Shown: positions 50,858 to 59,678 of the stretch, in pieces | Numbering within the stretch: the stretch's first letter is position 1 | How the letters are laid out: the number at the start of each line of letters is the position of its first letter | Program-made: the position numbers and the translations under genes | The notes under the pieces: generated by a model | What the model saw: the letters and a program-made list of their open reading frames with translations, nothing else | What the model was told of the DNA's origin: nothing | Databases searched by the model: none | Source of the DNA: Faecousia sp. | Lineage (GTDB): Bacteria > Bacillota > Clostridia > Oscillospirales > Oscillospiraceae | DNA length: 64,000 nt | Reading direction: 5' to 3' | Assembly (NCBI GenBank): GCA_045628065.1 | Contig: JAZQOW010000054.1 | Location: forward strand, 20,968 to 84,967

Positions 50858-51817
50858 ATGAATAGAATCAAGCTCATTTGCCGACTGGCTTTTGTGCTGC
50901 TGCTTGCGCTGGCTCTATGCGCCGGGGTCTATGCAGCGGAATCGCAGGATGTCGGCACAGTGACAATTGAATGCGTTTTTTCTGAGGCACCTGTTCCTTC
51001 GCTCCCGTTTTCTCTCTACCATGCTGCCGATGTTTCCGGCAGCAAGATCACCATGGATGCGGATTTTGCCGCATTCCCTGTGGATTTGAAAACCATGGAT
51101 GTGGATAGCTGGAATGCGCTGGCGCTCACCGTGAAGAGCTATGTGCTCGCACAGGGGATTGCACCGGATGCTTCCGGTCAATCGGATGCCAATGGCGTCC
51201 TGAACTTTGACGGCCTGTCCGCCGGTCTGTATCTGGTGGCAGGAGAAGGCGCTGCGGTGAACGGGATGTACTATTCCTCTGCGCCCTTCTTTGTCCTGCT
51301 CCCCAGAGCGGATTCCGAGACCGGGGAAGCGATTTATGACCTGAAGGTTCATCCCAAGCTCTCGGCCAAGCCGCAGGAGGAGGGCACGATCACCCGCAAG
51401 GTCCTGAAAATCTGGAAGGACACCGGCTATGAGGACGAGCGCCCCAATGAAATTACCGTCCAGCTGTATTGCGACGGGAAGCTTTATGACACCGTCAAGC
51501 TTTCCGATTCCAACAACTGGCGCTACACATGGGAGAAGCTCCCCGACAACCACGATTATACTGTTGTGGAAGAAGAACTTGTAGGCTATACCGCTGCCAT
51601 TGAGCAGCAGGGAATCACCTTCTTGCTGACCAATACCTCGATCAACATTATGCCGCCAGGCCCCAATCCGCCGAAGCCCAATCCCCCTTCGGATCATGAG
51701 CTTCCCAAAACGGGTCTGAACTGGTGGCCGGTTCTCATCTTTGCTGTGCTTGGTCTTCTGTGCCTTGCCGCGGGACTCCTGTGGCGAAAGGATAGCGCTC
51801 ATGAAGAAAAAAAGTAA
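50858..51817 (+). CDS. basal/minor pilin (Cna-B domain, polyproline tail, LPKTG)
   Basis: 319 aa. Signal peptide VYA-AE. Cna-B segment (KVLKIWKDTGYEDERPNEITVQLY...WRYTWEKLP...YTVVEEELVGY), then PPGPNPPKPNPP immediately before LPKTG. Confidence 0.85.
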   Translation: MNRIKLICRLAFVLLLALALCAGVYAAESQDVGTVTIECVFSEAPVPSLPFSLYHAADVSGSKITMDADFAAFPVDLKTMDVDSWNALALTVKSYVLAQGIAPDASGQSDANGVLNFDGLSAGLYLVAGEGAAVNGMYYSSAPFFVLLPRADSETGEAIYDLKVHPKLSAKPQEEGTITRKVLKIWKDTGYEDERPNEITVQLYCDGKLYDTVKLSDSNNWRYTWEKLPDNHDYTVVEEELVGYTAAIEQQGITFLLTNTSINIMPPGPNPPKPNPPSDHELPKTGLNWWPVLIFAVLGLLCLAAGLLWRKDSAHEEKK

Positions 51818-52454
51818 TGTTATGATCCTTATGGGGCTGCTGCTCATTGCCGCAGCCCTTTTTTGGTCAGGAAGAAATATCCTTATGGATTATCGCGCCT
51901 CCATGCAGTCCCAGCAGGTTATGGAGAAGCTGCAAACGATCATCCCGAAGGTATCCCAGCGCCAGATGGTCAGCACAAACCCTACTTTGGATGAAGAGGA
52001 TGCCTTACGATTGGCAGAGGAAATGGACATCCCAGATTATATTCTTGACCCCTCCATGGAAATGCCAACGCAGACCATTGACGGGCTGGAGTATATCGGC
52101 TATCTGTCGATTCCTACTCTGGAGCTTGAGCTGCCGATCGTATCGAAGTGCAGCTACGGCGCACTAAATGTCGCGCCCTGCCGCTATTACGGCTCTGCCT
52201 ATTGTGATAACATGGTCATTGCCGGGCATAATTATTCCGGCCATTTTTCAACGCTGCGCTCTGTAAAAGAGGGAGCGCACGTCACCTTTACGGATGTGGA
52301 CGGCAATGTGTTTTCCTATGAGGTCGCGCTTCTGGAAATTCTGAGCGCAGATGCCATAGAGGAAATGACCCAAAGCAGCTTTGATCTGACACTCTTTTCC
52401 TGTACCGTGGGCGGGCAATACCGCGTTGCTGTCCGCTGCAATCGCATACCGTAG
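51801..52454 (+). CDS. second sortase (non-class-C, variant TLFSC active site)
   Basis: ATG 51801 overlaps the basal pilin gene by 17 nt. N-terminal TM. MVIAGHNY (His), LTLFSC (Cys), RVAVRC (Arg). No C-terminal TM. Confidence 0.8.
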   Translation: MKKKSNVMILMGLLLIAAALFWSGRNILMDYRASMQSQQVMEKLQTIIPKVSQRQMVSTNPTLDEEDALRLAEEMDIPDYILDPSMEMPTQTIDGLEYIGYLSIPTLELELPIVSKCSYGALNVAPCRYYGSAYCDNMVIAGHNYSGHFSTLRSVKEGAHVTFTDVDGNVFSYEVALLEILSADAIEEMTQSSFDLTLFSCTVGGQYRVAVRCNRIP

Positions 52455-52460
52455 CAATTT

Positions 52461-52492
52461 GCCCCTGATCGCTGTGCTTCAGGGGCTTTTTT
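52461..52492 (+). terminator. rho-independent terminator of the pilus operon
   Basis: GCCCCTGA, loop, TCAGGGGC followed by TTTTTT. Confidence 0.85.
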
Positions 52493-52650
52493 CATAGAAC
52501 ACTGAGAGGTTTTCAGGCTTACCCACGTCTAATAGGTGAAAGGACAAAATAGACCTTTCGGAAAGGAGCAACGCTATTGGCTGGCTCCAAATAGCCATCC
52601 GTTCTGTCATTTTTTTGTTATGAAAGAATGAGGGAGCAATCAGGAATTCC

Positions 52651-52679
52651 TTGACATATGAATTAATATAGTATATGAT
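52651..52679 (+). promoter_or_regulatory. sigma70-like promoter for cysK
   Basis: TTGACA, 17-nt spacer, TATGAT. Leader of about 85 nt. Confidence 0.6.
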
Positions 52680-52768
52680 AATCCGGCATATTCGAGAAGT
52701 GCGATTGCCCGGGAATAACGATCTTCCTTGCACTCTTTCAGCGCTGACCTGTGGAAAGGACAAATTAT

Positions 52769-53698
52769 ATGATTTATAATAATATACTTGATGCTATCGG
52801 AAAAACGCCAATCATACAGCTAAATAGAATGGTAAAGCCCGGCATGGCGAGAGTTCTGGTAAAGTTTGAGGGCCTGAATGTCGGCGGCTCGATCAAGACG
52901 AGAACTGCCTACAGTATGATAATGAAGGCGGAAAAGGAAGGCATATTAACGAAGGATTCCATCATAGTGGAGCCGACCAGCGGAAATCAGGGTATTGGGC
53001 TTGCTTTGGTCGGTGCAGTCAGAGGCTACCAGACGGTCATCATTATGCCGGATTCCGTCAGCAAAGAGCGTAAGCTCCTGGTAGAGCATTATGGCGCAAA
53101 GGTTATTCTGGTGCATGATGCTGGAAACATCGGCGACTGTATTGAGCAGTGCGTTGCATTGGCCAATCAGATGGCGCGCGAAGATGCAAGAGTGTTTGTC
53201 CCGCAGCAGTTTAAAAATGAGGCAAATCCGTCGGCACATCGCTATAATACCGGACTGGAAATTCTTGAGCAGGTAGCAGGGCCGATCCATGGCTTCTGTT
53301 CCGGCATCGGTACAGGCGGAACGATTACCGGTATTGGCGAAACGCTGAAAGCTCTGAATCCCAATATGAAAATCTGGGCGGTAGAACCGGAAAATGCAGC
53401 CATTCTGGCAGGCGGTACGGTGGGAACCCATATTCAGATGGGAATCGGCGACGGCGTTGTGCCGGATGTTTTAAACCAGAGTATATATGAAGATATTTAT
53501 ATTGTTTCGGATGAGGAGGCTTTACGCTGCGCAAAGGATCTTGCCAGACTGGAAGGCCTCATGTGCGGAATCTCCAGCGGCACCAATGTCGCCGCTGCAC
53601 TGAAGCTGGCTGAAATCCTTGGCGAAGGCAAAACAGTTGTAACCATTCTGCCGGATACCGCAGAAAGATATTTCTCTACGCCGTTGTTCGAAGAATAA
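52769..53698 (+). CDS. cysK: cysteine synthase (O-acetylserine sulfhydrylase) family PLP enzyme
   Basis: The track ORF starts at GTG 52751. ATG 52769 (MIYNNILDAIGKTPI) follows GGAAAGGA. GGSIKTRTA (PLP Lys), TSGNQGIG, GIGTGGT. Confidence 0.88.
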   Translation: MIYNNILDAIGKTPIIQLNRMVKPGMARVLVKFEGLNVGGSIKTRTAYSMIMKAEKEGILTKDSIIVEPTSGNQGIGLALVGAVRGYQTVIIMPDSVSKERKLLVEHYGAKVILVHDAGNIGDCIEQCVALANQMAREDARVFVPQQFKNEANPSAHRYNTGLEILEQVAGPIHGFCSGIGTGGTITGIGETLKALNPNMKIWAVEPENAAILAGGTVGTHIQMGIGDGVVPDVLNQSIYEDIYIVSDEEALRCAKDLARLEGLMCGISSGTNVAAALKLAEILGEGKTVVTILPDTAERYFSTPLFEE

Positions 53699-53726
53699 CC
53701 GGAATTGTATACTTAAACCAAAATAT

Positions 53727-53761
53727 AGGACAGCTCTGCGTGAATTGCGCAGAGCTGTCCT
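53727..53761. terminator. bidirectional hairpin terminator between cysK and the Mo-enzyme operon
   Basis: 14-bp stem AGGACAGCTCTGCG / CGCAGAGCTGTCCT between convergent stops. Confidence 0.8.
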
Positions 53762-53768
53762 CGTTATT

Positions 53769-54356
53769 TCATATGATGTTTAAATCGCCGGGTGTGTCAA
53801 TATCATGCAGCTCCCTGCTTTGGCAGATGACATATTCGATTCTGTCCGGGCAGGAGCGCAGGACGGATTTGCCGCCCTGATCGCCGGTCAGCTTCATGAG
53901 CTTTTCTGTCAGCAGGCCGGAGAAAATGACGGGATTTCCGCCCGTTTTGCCGTCCGGGGATGCACAGGCGGCGAGGGGGCGGGGGTCGTCTTCCTTTTCG
54001 GCAAGCGGGACGGAGAGAAGCTTTTTTACTGTTTCCGCTGTGACCATCGGCTGGTCGGCTGCAAGGAAAAGAAGCCGGTCATGACCTGCTGTGGGGGCGC
54101 AGGCGGTGCATGCGGCGCGGACGGTAAAGGAAAGCCCCAGCGCGCTTTCGGGACAATAGACCCCGTCTGCTCCAACGACATCAAGAATTTCGAGGTAGCG
54201 GGTGATGACATGGAGCGAAGCGCCTATTTCCCGTGCAGCGGCTTGCAGGACCTCATAGCCATACGTCCAGATCGGCTTTCCGTTCAGCACGGCCAACAGC
54301 TTGTTGCTCCCGAAGCGCTTTCCGCTGCCGCCTGCCAGAAGGCACAGATGGATCAT
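53769..54356 (-). CDS. MobA/MocA-family molybdenum cofactor nucleotidyltransferase
   Basis: 195 aa. MIHLCLLAGGSGKRFGSNKLL (NTP_transf_3 glycine-rich loop). 4-nt overlap with the Mo-subunit gene. Confidence 0.78.
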   Translation of the reverse strand: MIHLCLLAGGSGKRFGSNKLLAVLNGKPIWTYGYEVLQAAAREIGASLHVITRYLEILDVVGADGVYCPESALGLSFTVRAACTACAPTAGHDRLLFLAADQPMVTAETVKKLLSVPLAEKEDDPRPLAACASPDGKTGGNPVIFSGLLTEKLMKLTGDQGGKSVLRSCPDRIEYVICQSRELHDIDTPGDLNII

Positions 54357-56659
54357 TTTGCATTATCTCCCGGGTCGAGCGCGACTTTTTCCGGCGTGAT
54401 GGGAAGGGTGCGGAACCATTTTCCCGTTGCGCGGTATACCGCATGGGCAATCGCCGGGGCGGGGGTGTTGATGACGATTTCTCCGATGGATTTGGCGCCG
54501 AACGGCCCCGCTTTTTCAAAGCTTGGCGCGAAGTCCACCTGAATTCTGCCGGTTTCGAGGCGGGTCGGAATTCGGTAGACCATGAGGGAATTTTCCAGCA
54601 GCTTTCCGCTGGCATTGTAGTTGATGTCCTCCATCAGGGTCATGCCGATGCCTTGCACAATGCCGCCCTCTGCCTGCACTCTGGCAAGCGCCGGATTGAT
54701 CACGGTGCCGCAGTCAACGACCGCTTGATAATCGAGCACTCTGACCGTGCCGGTTTCGGGGTCAAGCTCAATTTCTGCCATACCGACCATAAAAGGCGGG
54801 GGAGAGGTCGGATGGGAATTTGTTGCAGTTGCCTCTGTCGGAACGCGGTTGCCGTTCATGGATACATCCGCGATCTCAGCGGCAGACACGGATTTTGTCC
54901 GGTCAGCGGTCAGAACGGCATTTCCCTCAAATATAAGCGTATCGGCGGGAGCATTCAGAATGCCGGAAGCCACCCGGCACATTTTTTCTTTCAGTTCTTC
55001 TGCTGCCAGCACAACGGCTTTGCCTGTCACAAAGGTCGTGGAGGAGGCATAGGAGCCGGAGTCATAGGGGGAGCAGTCGGTGTTGGCACCTAAGACGGCA
55101 ATGTTTTCCAGGGGGGATTCCATGCAGTCGCTCAGCATCTGCGCCAGAATGGTGTCGCAGCCGGTACCCATGTCGGCAGCGCCGATCAGGAGGGTATAGC
55201 AGCCGCCGTCATCGAGACGGACGGTGGCAGAGCCTACGTCGATTCCCGAAATGCCGGAGCCCTGCATCGCCATTGCCATGCCGGCAGAGCGGATCTTGCC
55301 ATCCGGCATGACCCGAACCGGGTATTTTTCTGCCCAGCCGAATTTTTCGGCGCAGGTCTTGAGGCAGCCGTCCAGATTGCAGGAGGAGGCCGTCTCGTTA
55401 TAATAGGCTGGCATGACAGCACCTTCGCGGACGCAGTTTTTCAGGCGAATGTCCAGCGGGTCCATTTGCAGGAGGGAAGCAAGCTCGTTGACGGCGCTTT
55501 CCACGGCAAAGATGCCCTGCGTTGCGCCGAAGCCGCGGTATGCGCCGGAGGACTGCACGTTGGTATAGACAACATCGTAGCGGAAGCGGAAGGCTTCTAC
55601 AGAGGAGGTATAGAGCGGGATGGATTTATGCGCTGTGAGGCCGACAGTTGCCCAGCCGTGTTCGCCGTAAGCGCCGGTGTTGGAGAGGGAATAGAGGTCG
55701 ATGGCGCGTATCGTTCCATCCTTCATTGCGCCGAGTCGCACGTTGATTTCCATTTCGTGGCGCGGCGAACCTGCCTCTAAGGATTCTTTTCTTGTATAGA
55801 TCAGCTTGGCGGGTCTGCCGGTTTTCAGTGTGACAAAAGCGGGATAAACCTCGGAAACGGCGGTCTGCTTTGCACCAAAGCCGCCGCCGATGCGGGGTTT
55901 TTCTACACAAATCTTAGATTTCGGGATGCCAAGCGCATGGGCAAGGATTCTGCGCACATGGAATACGATCTGTGTCGAGGACACAACGTGCAGACGTCCA
56001 TAGGCATCCATATTTGTGACGGTGCGGAAGGTCTCAAACGGCACCTGATTGACCGCTTTCACATGATAGGGGTGCGTGATCACCAGATCGCAGGAGCGCA
56101 GCACAGCTTCCACGTCGCCGTCACCTTCCAGCCCTGAGGCGCACAGATTTCGCTTCGGGTCACCGCCGACAAAATCGCACAGGGCATGCCAGTCATCCTC
56201 AGGATGCACAATGACCTCATGATCCTTGGCGGTGTGGAAGTCGAGAACGGCAGGGAGAACCTCATAGGTAACGCTGATGGCATTGCGTGCCTTTTCTGCA
56301 ATTTCCTCATTTTCCGCGGCAATGATGGCAACGGGATCGCCGACATGACGCACATGGCGATCGAGAATCAGGCGGTCATGGGGTGAGGTTTCGGGATAGG
56401 TTTGTCCGGCTTCCGTAAAGCGCTCGCTGCCAACATCCTGCCAGGTGTATACGGCTGCTACGCCCGGAATTTCCAGTGCCTTTGCTATGTCTATTTCGGA
56501 AATGATCGCATTCGCGTGCGGGCTTCGCAGCAGCTTCACGCACAGGCAGCCGGTCGGCTCGGGCAGATCGTCCATATATACAGGCTGGCCGGTCAAAAGC
56601 TGCATCGCGTCAATTTTTCTGACAGCGGAACCGACACCGCATTTCGTTTTTTCCATCAT
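54353..56659 (-). CDS. xanthine dehydrogenase/aldehyde oxidase family molybdopterin-binding subunit
   Basis: 768 aa. a/b-hammerhead N-terminus and RIGGGFGAKQ motif. Confidence 0.88.
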   Translation of the reverse strand: MMEKTKCGVGSAVRKIDAMQLLTGQPVYMDDLPEPTGCLCVKLLRSPHANAIISEIDIAKALEIPGVAAVYTWQDVGSERFTEAGQTYPETSPHDRLILDRHVRHVGDPVAIIAAENEEIAEKARNAISVTYEVLPAVLDFHTAKDHEVIVHPEDDWHALCDFVGGDPKRNLCASGLEGDGDVEAVLRSCDLVITHPYHVKAVNQVPFETFRTVTNMDAYGRLHVVSSTQIVFHVRRILAHALGIPKSKICVEKPRIGGGFGAKQTAVSEVYPAFVTLKTGRPAKLIYTRKESLEAGSPRHEMEINVRLGAMKDGTIRAIDLYSLSNTGAYGEHGWATVGLTAHKSIPLYTSSVEAFRFRYDVVYTNVQSSGAYRGFGATQGIFAVESAVNELASLLQMDPLDIRLKNCVREGAVMPAYYNETASSCNLDGCLKTCAEKFGWAEKYPVRVMPDGKIRSAGMAMAMQGSGISGIDVGSATVRLDDGGCYTLLIGAADMGTGCDTILAQMLSDCMESPLENIAVLGANTDCSPYDSGSYASSTTFVTGKAVVLAAEELKEKMCRVASGILNAPADTLIFEGNAVLTADRTKSVSAAEIADVSMNGNRVPTEATATNSHPTSPPPFMVGMAEIELDPETGTVRVLDYQAVVDCGTVINPALARVQAEGGIVQGIGMTLMEDINYNASGKLLENSLMVYRIPTRLETGRIQVDFAPSFEKAGPFGAKSIGEIVINTPAPAIAHAVYRATGKWFRTLPITPEKVALDPGDNAK

Positions 56660-57123
56660 GACTGCTGCGCCTCCTTTTTTGCATCAAGGAAAGCGCGGAT
56701 GCCCCGCAGCTGTGCCTCATAGCCGGAGCAGCGGCAGAGATTGCCCGCCAGATAGGCGCGAATCTCACCATCCGTGGGATCGGGATGCTCTCTGAGCAGC
56801 GCGATGGTGTTCATCACATAGCCGGGATTACAGAAACCGCATTGATCTGCGCCTTGATCGGCGATGAAGCCGACGAAGGCCTCCGCCTCATCCCGCAGAC
56901 CCTCCAGGGTCATGATTTCTTTATCGGCCACGCGCGCAGCAGGAATCGAACAGGACAGGACGGGCGTTCCGTCCATCAGTACCGTGCACAGGCCGCAGAC
57001 CGTATTTTCGCACCCGCATTTGACGCTCTTCATGCCAAGCTCCCGAAGAAGCTCGATCAGAGGGGTATCCGGGGCGCATAGGATCGTTGTGGGTCGATGA
57101 TTCAGTTTAAATTTCAGTTCCAT
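56656..57123 (-). CDS. (2Fe-2S)-binding small subunit of Mo hydroxylase
   Basis: 155 aa. CGCENTVCGLCTV and CGFCNPG...CRCSGY cluster motifs. Confidence 0.9.
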   Translation of the reverse strand: MELKFKLNHRPTTILCAPDTPLIELLRELGMKSVKCGCENTVCGLCTVLMDGTPVLSCSIPAARVADKEIMTLEGLRDEAEAFVGFIADQGADQCGFCNPGYVMNTIALLREHPDPTDGEIRAYLAGNLCRCSGYEAQLRGIRAFLDAKKEAQQS

Positions 57124-57886
57124 CCTCAGACCCTCCCATGGATGCGAGTGCGCGCTTGAGTAAAACGCGGCACAGATGTTTGCGGTATTCCGCCGAAGCG
57201 GCGCGGTCGGCGCGGAAGGCGATGCTGTCCGCGATCTTGTCAGGAATCCGGGGCAGCTCTTCTATAGAGAAATCCGCACTATGGCAGCGAAGCGGCGCAG
57301 GGGAGAGCGATACGCGCACCTTTTCCCCTCTGCGGCAGACTGCTGTCGTGAGCACGGGGAAGTCCGTAGCGGTATTTCGCTGCGATTGCGCGACAGCACC
57401 GTCGGGGGCTTCCTTCGGAAGAAGAATATGCGTCAGCACATCACGCGGTGCACCGTCCCGGACAAACTGCTCCATTGGGATGGTTCCTGCCCCTGCCAGA
57501 CAGACCGAAGCGCCGAGCGCGGAGAACAGCGTAGTTACATCGGAAAATCCGAAGCGCCCGAACACGCTGCCGCCGACGGTTGCGGTGTTGCGGAATTGCA
57601 CGCCGACAATCGGAGAGAGGGCGGTGTTGTTTGCCCCGCAGGAATACTTCGTGAAAAGAGGACTTGTCTCCAACTGTCGGAGTGTCACATAGGCACCGAT
57701 GCGAATGCCGTCTTCGGTTTCCTCGATCTTGTCAAGGCCGAGGCGCGACAAATCCACAGCATGTTCTACCGTTCGGTTTTGCAGGTGCAGCCACATTGCA
57801 CCGCCGAGAATGACCGCGTTGGGCTTTTTTGCCCATTCCAGTGCTTCTTCTGCTGTTTCGGGCTGAATCAAATGGTGAAATCTCAT
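57107..57886 (-). CDS. FAD-binding (CoxM/XdhB-like) subunit of Mo hydroxylase
   Basis: The track ORF runs to 58078. ATG 57886 (MRFHHLIQPETAEEALEW) follows GGAAAGGAA and overlaps the ABC ATPase stop as ATGA. AVILGGAMWLHL FAD_binding_5-like region. Confidence 0.82.
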   Translation of the reverse strand: MRFHHLIQPETAEEALEWAKKPNAVILGGAMWLHLQNRTVEHAVDLSRLGLDKIEETEDGIRIGAYVTLRQLETSPLFTKYSCGANNTALSPIVGVQFRNTATVGGSVFGRFGFSDVTTLFSALGASVCLAGAGTIPMEQFVRDGAPRDVLTHILLPKEAPDGAVAQSQRNTATDFPVLTTAVCRRGEKVRVSLSPAPLRCHSADFSIEELPRIPDKIADSIAFRADRAASAEYRKHLCRVLLKRALASMGGSEDGTEI

Positions 57887-58674
57887 AGGCATTCCTTTCC
57901 GGGTGCATGGTTTTGTGTAGGATAGAGGACGGTCAGTCCGCCGACGGTTTGGATCACTTGTATTTGCGGATATATGCGGCGAAGCATGGCTTCTGCTTCT
58001 TCGGCATTGGTTTTCTGCGGAGAAAACGCGCCGATGAGCCTGCCGTCCTTCAGAAGCAGAATACGGTCGGCATAGCACAGGGCAAGCCCCGGGTCATGCA
58101 GGGTTGCCAGAAGAATCTTTTTCTCGGCAAGCATCTTTGCCTTTGTGAAAAAGTCGTGAGTACGGTTATAATCGAGCGCGGAGGTCGGCTCATCAAGCAG
58201 AAGCAGGGGCGTGCGCTGACACAGGGCGGCGGTCAGCTCGACCAGCTGCCGTTCACCGGCGCTCATTTTTTCCAAAGGCCGCTGCAAAAGCGTTTCGGCT
58301 TCCATGGCCTTTGCTGTTTTTATAATTTGTTCTTTTTCCTCTTCGCCGGGATGGTAAAACAGGCCGTGCGCCGGATAGAGCGCCATTTCCGCAAGATCCA
58401 TCCCGGTAATTCCGGCAAGGGTCTGATGCGTGCCGGACACCTGTGCCAATCGGCGTGAGCGCTGCTTCACGGAAAGCTGAAGAAGGTTTTCGCCGTCCAG
58501 TGTGACCTGCCCGGCCTCCGGACGGATGGCACCGGAAATGGCACGCAGTAGGGTTGTCTTGCCGCAGCCGTTTTGCCCGAGGAGAACGGTGATGCCTTGA
58601 TCAAGGCGGAAGCTGATGTCCCGGATGACGGTATCGCCGCCGTATCCGGCGGTAAGCTCTTTCACATGCAGCAT
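57883..58674 (-). CDS. ABC transporter ATP-binding protein (FepC/FecE/BtuD type)
   Basis: ATG 58674 (MLHVKELTAGYGGD). Walker A GQNGCGKTT, signature MSAGERQLV, Walker [13 protein letters not shown]. Confidence 0.88.
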   Translation of the reverse strand: MLHVKELTAGYGGDTVIRDISFRLDQGITVLLGQNGCGKTTLLRAISGAIRPEAGQVTLDGENLLQLSVKQRSRRLAQVSGTHQTLAGITGMDLAEMALYPAHGLFYHPGEEEKEQIIKTAKAMEAETLLQRPLEKMSAGERQLVELTAALCQRTPLLLLDEPTSALDYNRTHDFFTKAKMLAEKKILLATLHDPGLALCYADRILLLKDGRLIGAFSPQKTNAEEAEAMLRRIYPQIQVIQTVGGLTVLYPTQNHAPGKECL

Positions 58675-58676
58675 CG

Positions 58677-59678
58677 TCAGGCCTCCTCGGTCACTTTTCC
58701 GGTGCAAAACAGGCAGGCAAACCAGATGACGGCAAAGCCCACGCTGAAAATGCTCACGGGCAGCTCAGAGCCGGAAACCACGGTTCTGGCAAGAAGATCG
58801 GATATGACCGTCAGAATGGCGCCGATCAGGAAGCAAAGCGGAAGAAAGCCTCCGCTGCGTTTTCTGCCGATGGCTAAGGCCATGTGCGGCACGATCAGGC
58901 CGATGAAGCCAATCACGCCGACGGTGGAGACCACCCCGGCTACGGCCCAGGTCGTCAGGAACAGCAGAATGGACTGCCATAGCGCCGGGGAAACGCCCAC
59001 GGCGCGCGCTTCCTCCCGCCCGCGTGACAGGATCAGCGCCTGCCGGGAAAAGAGGAAGAGTAAAATCAGCGGAGGAACAGAGGAGAGCGCCATCAGAATG
59101 AATTTCTGCGCGGTCAGGGCGGCAAAGCTGCCCATCGTCCAGAACTCAATCGCGGCAAGCTCCCGTTCCGGGTCCGCAGCGGTTTTCAGGATCATGAGAC
59201 CTGCATCGGCGGCAGAGGAGACCAGAATGCCTGCAAGCAGATAGCGGCTTTTCTGTTCCGCGCCCGCAGAGCCGGACAGCCGCACAAGCAGCAGCAGAAG
59301 GAGCAGTGCGCCCAGTCCGCCGATAAAGGCAAGCCCGATCCGCACAAAGCCTGCGCAGCCGAGAAGAATTGCCGCGGCAGCACCGAAGGATGCACCGGAT
59401 GCAACGCCCGTGATATCGGGTGAGGCCAGCGGATTACAGAAGACGGTTTGGCAGATGGCACCGGTTACCCCGAGTACCCCGCCGGCTAAGATTCCGGCCA
59501 GTACACGCGGAAGCCGCAGGCCGAAGAAAATATTTCTGTCTGCTGCATCCCATGTGCCGTAAGCAAAGAGCCGGAGCGGATAGCTGCCAAAGCAGACAGA
59601 CAGAAGGGACAGTCCAAGCAGCAGGCAGAGGAAGATAACAACGATACGCTCAGCCGAGGGAAGCGAGCGCCTCGGCAT
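58677..59678 (-). CDS. FecCD/BtuC family ABC transporter permease
   Basis: Polytopic, with typical FecCD sequence (GAICQTVFCNPLASPDITGV, GVIGFIGLIVPH). The start is uncertain: ATG 59678 (MPRRSLPSAERIVVIFL) overlaps the binding-protein gene by 29 nt. ATGs at 59693 and 59705 are alternatives. Confidence 0.8.
   Translation of the reverse strand: MPRRSLPSAERIVVIFLCLLLGLSLLSVCFGSYPLRLFAYGTWDAADRNIFFGLRLPRVLAGILAGGVLGVTGAICQTVFCNPLASPDITGVASGASFGAAAAILLGCAGFVRIGLAFIGGLGALLLLLLLVRLSGSAGAEQKSRYLLAGILVSSAADAGLMILKTAADPERELAAIEFWTMGSFAALTAQKFILMALSSVPPLILLFLFSRQALILSRGREEARAVGVSPALWQSILLFLTTWAVAGVVSTVGVIGFIGLIVPHMALAIGRKRSGGFLPLCFLIGAILTVISDLLARTVVSGSELPVSIFSVGFAVIWFACLFCTGKVTEEA

Noticed and set aside
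52496-52650. Possible small RNA between the pilus terminator and the cysK promoter
   Set aside because: Only weak 5-bp hairpins were found (CCTTT..AAAGG, TGGCT..AGCCA), with no promoter or terminator pair. The evidence is insufficient.
52479-52763. 94-aa ORF on the - strand upstream of cysK
   Set aside because: It runs through the cysK promoter and the pilus terminator, has no RBS and an implausible sequence.
52680-52768. T-box or S-box leader in front of cysK
   Set aside because: The leader is only about 85 nt, with no specifier-loop/T-box sequence or SAM-riboswitch-like helices.
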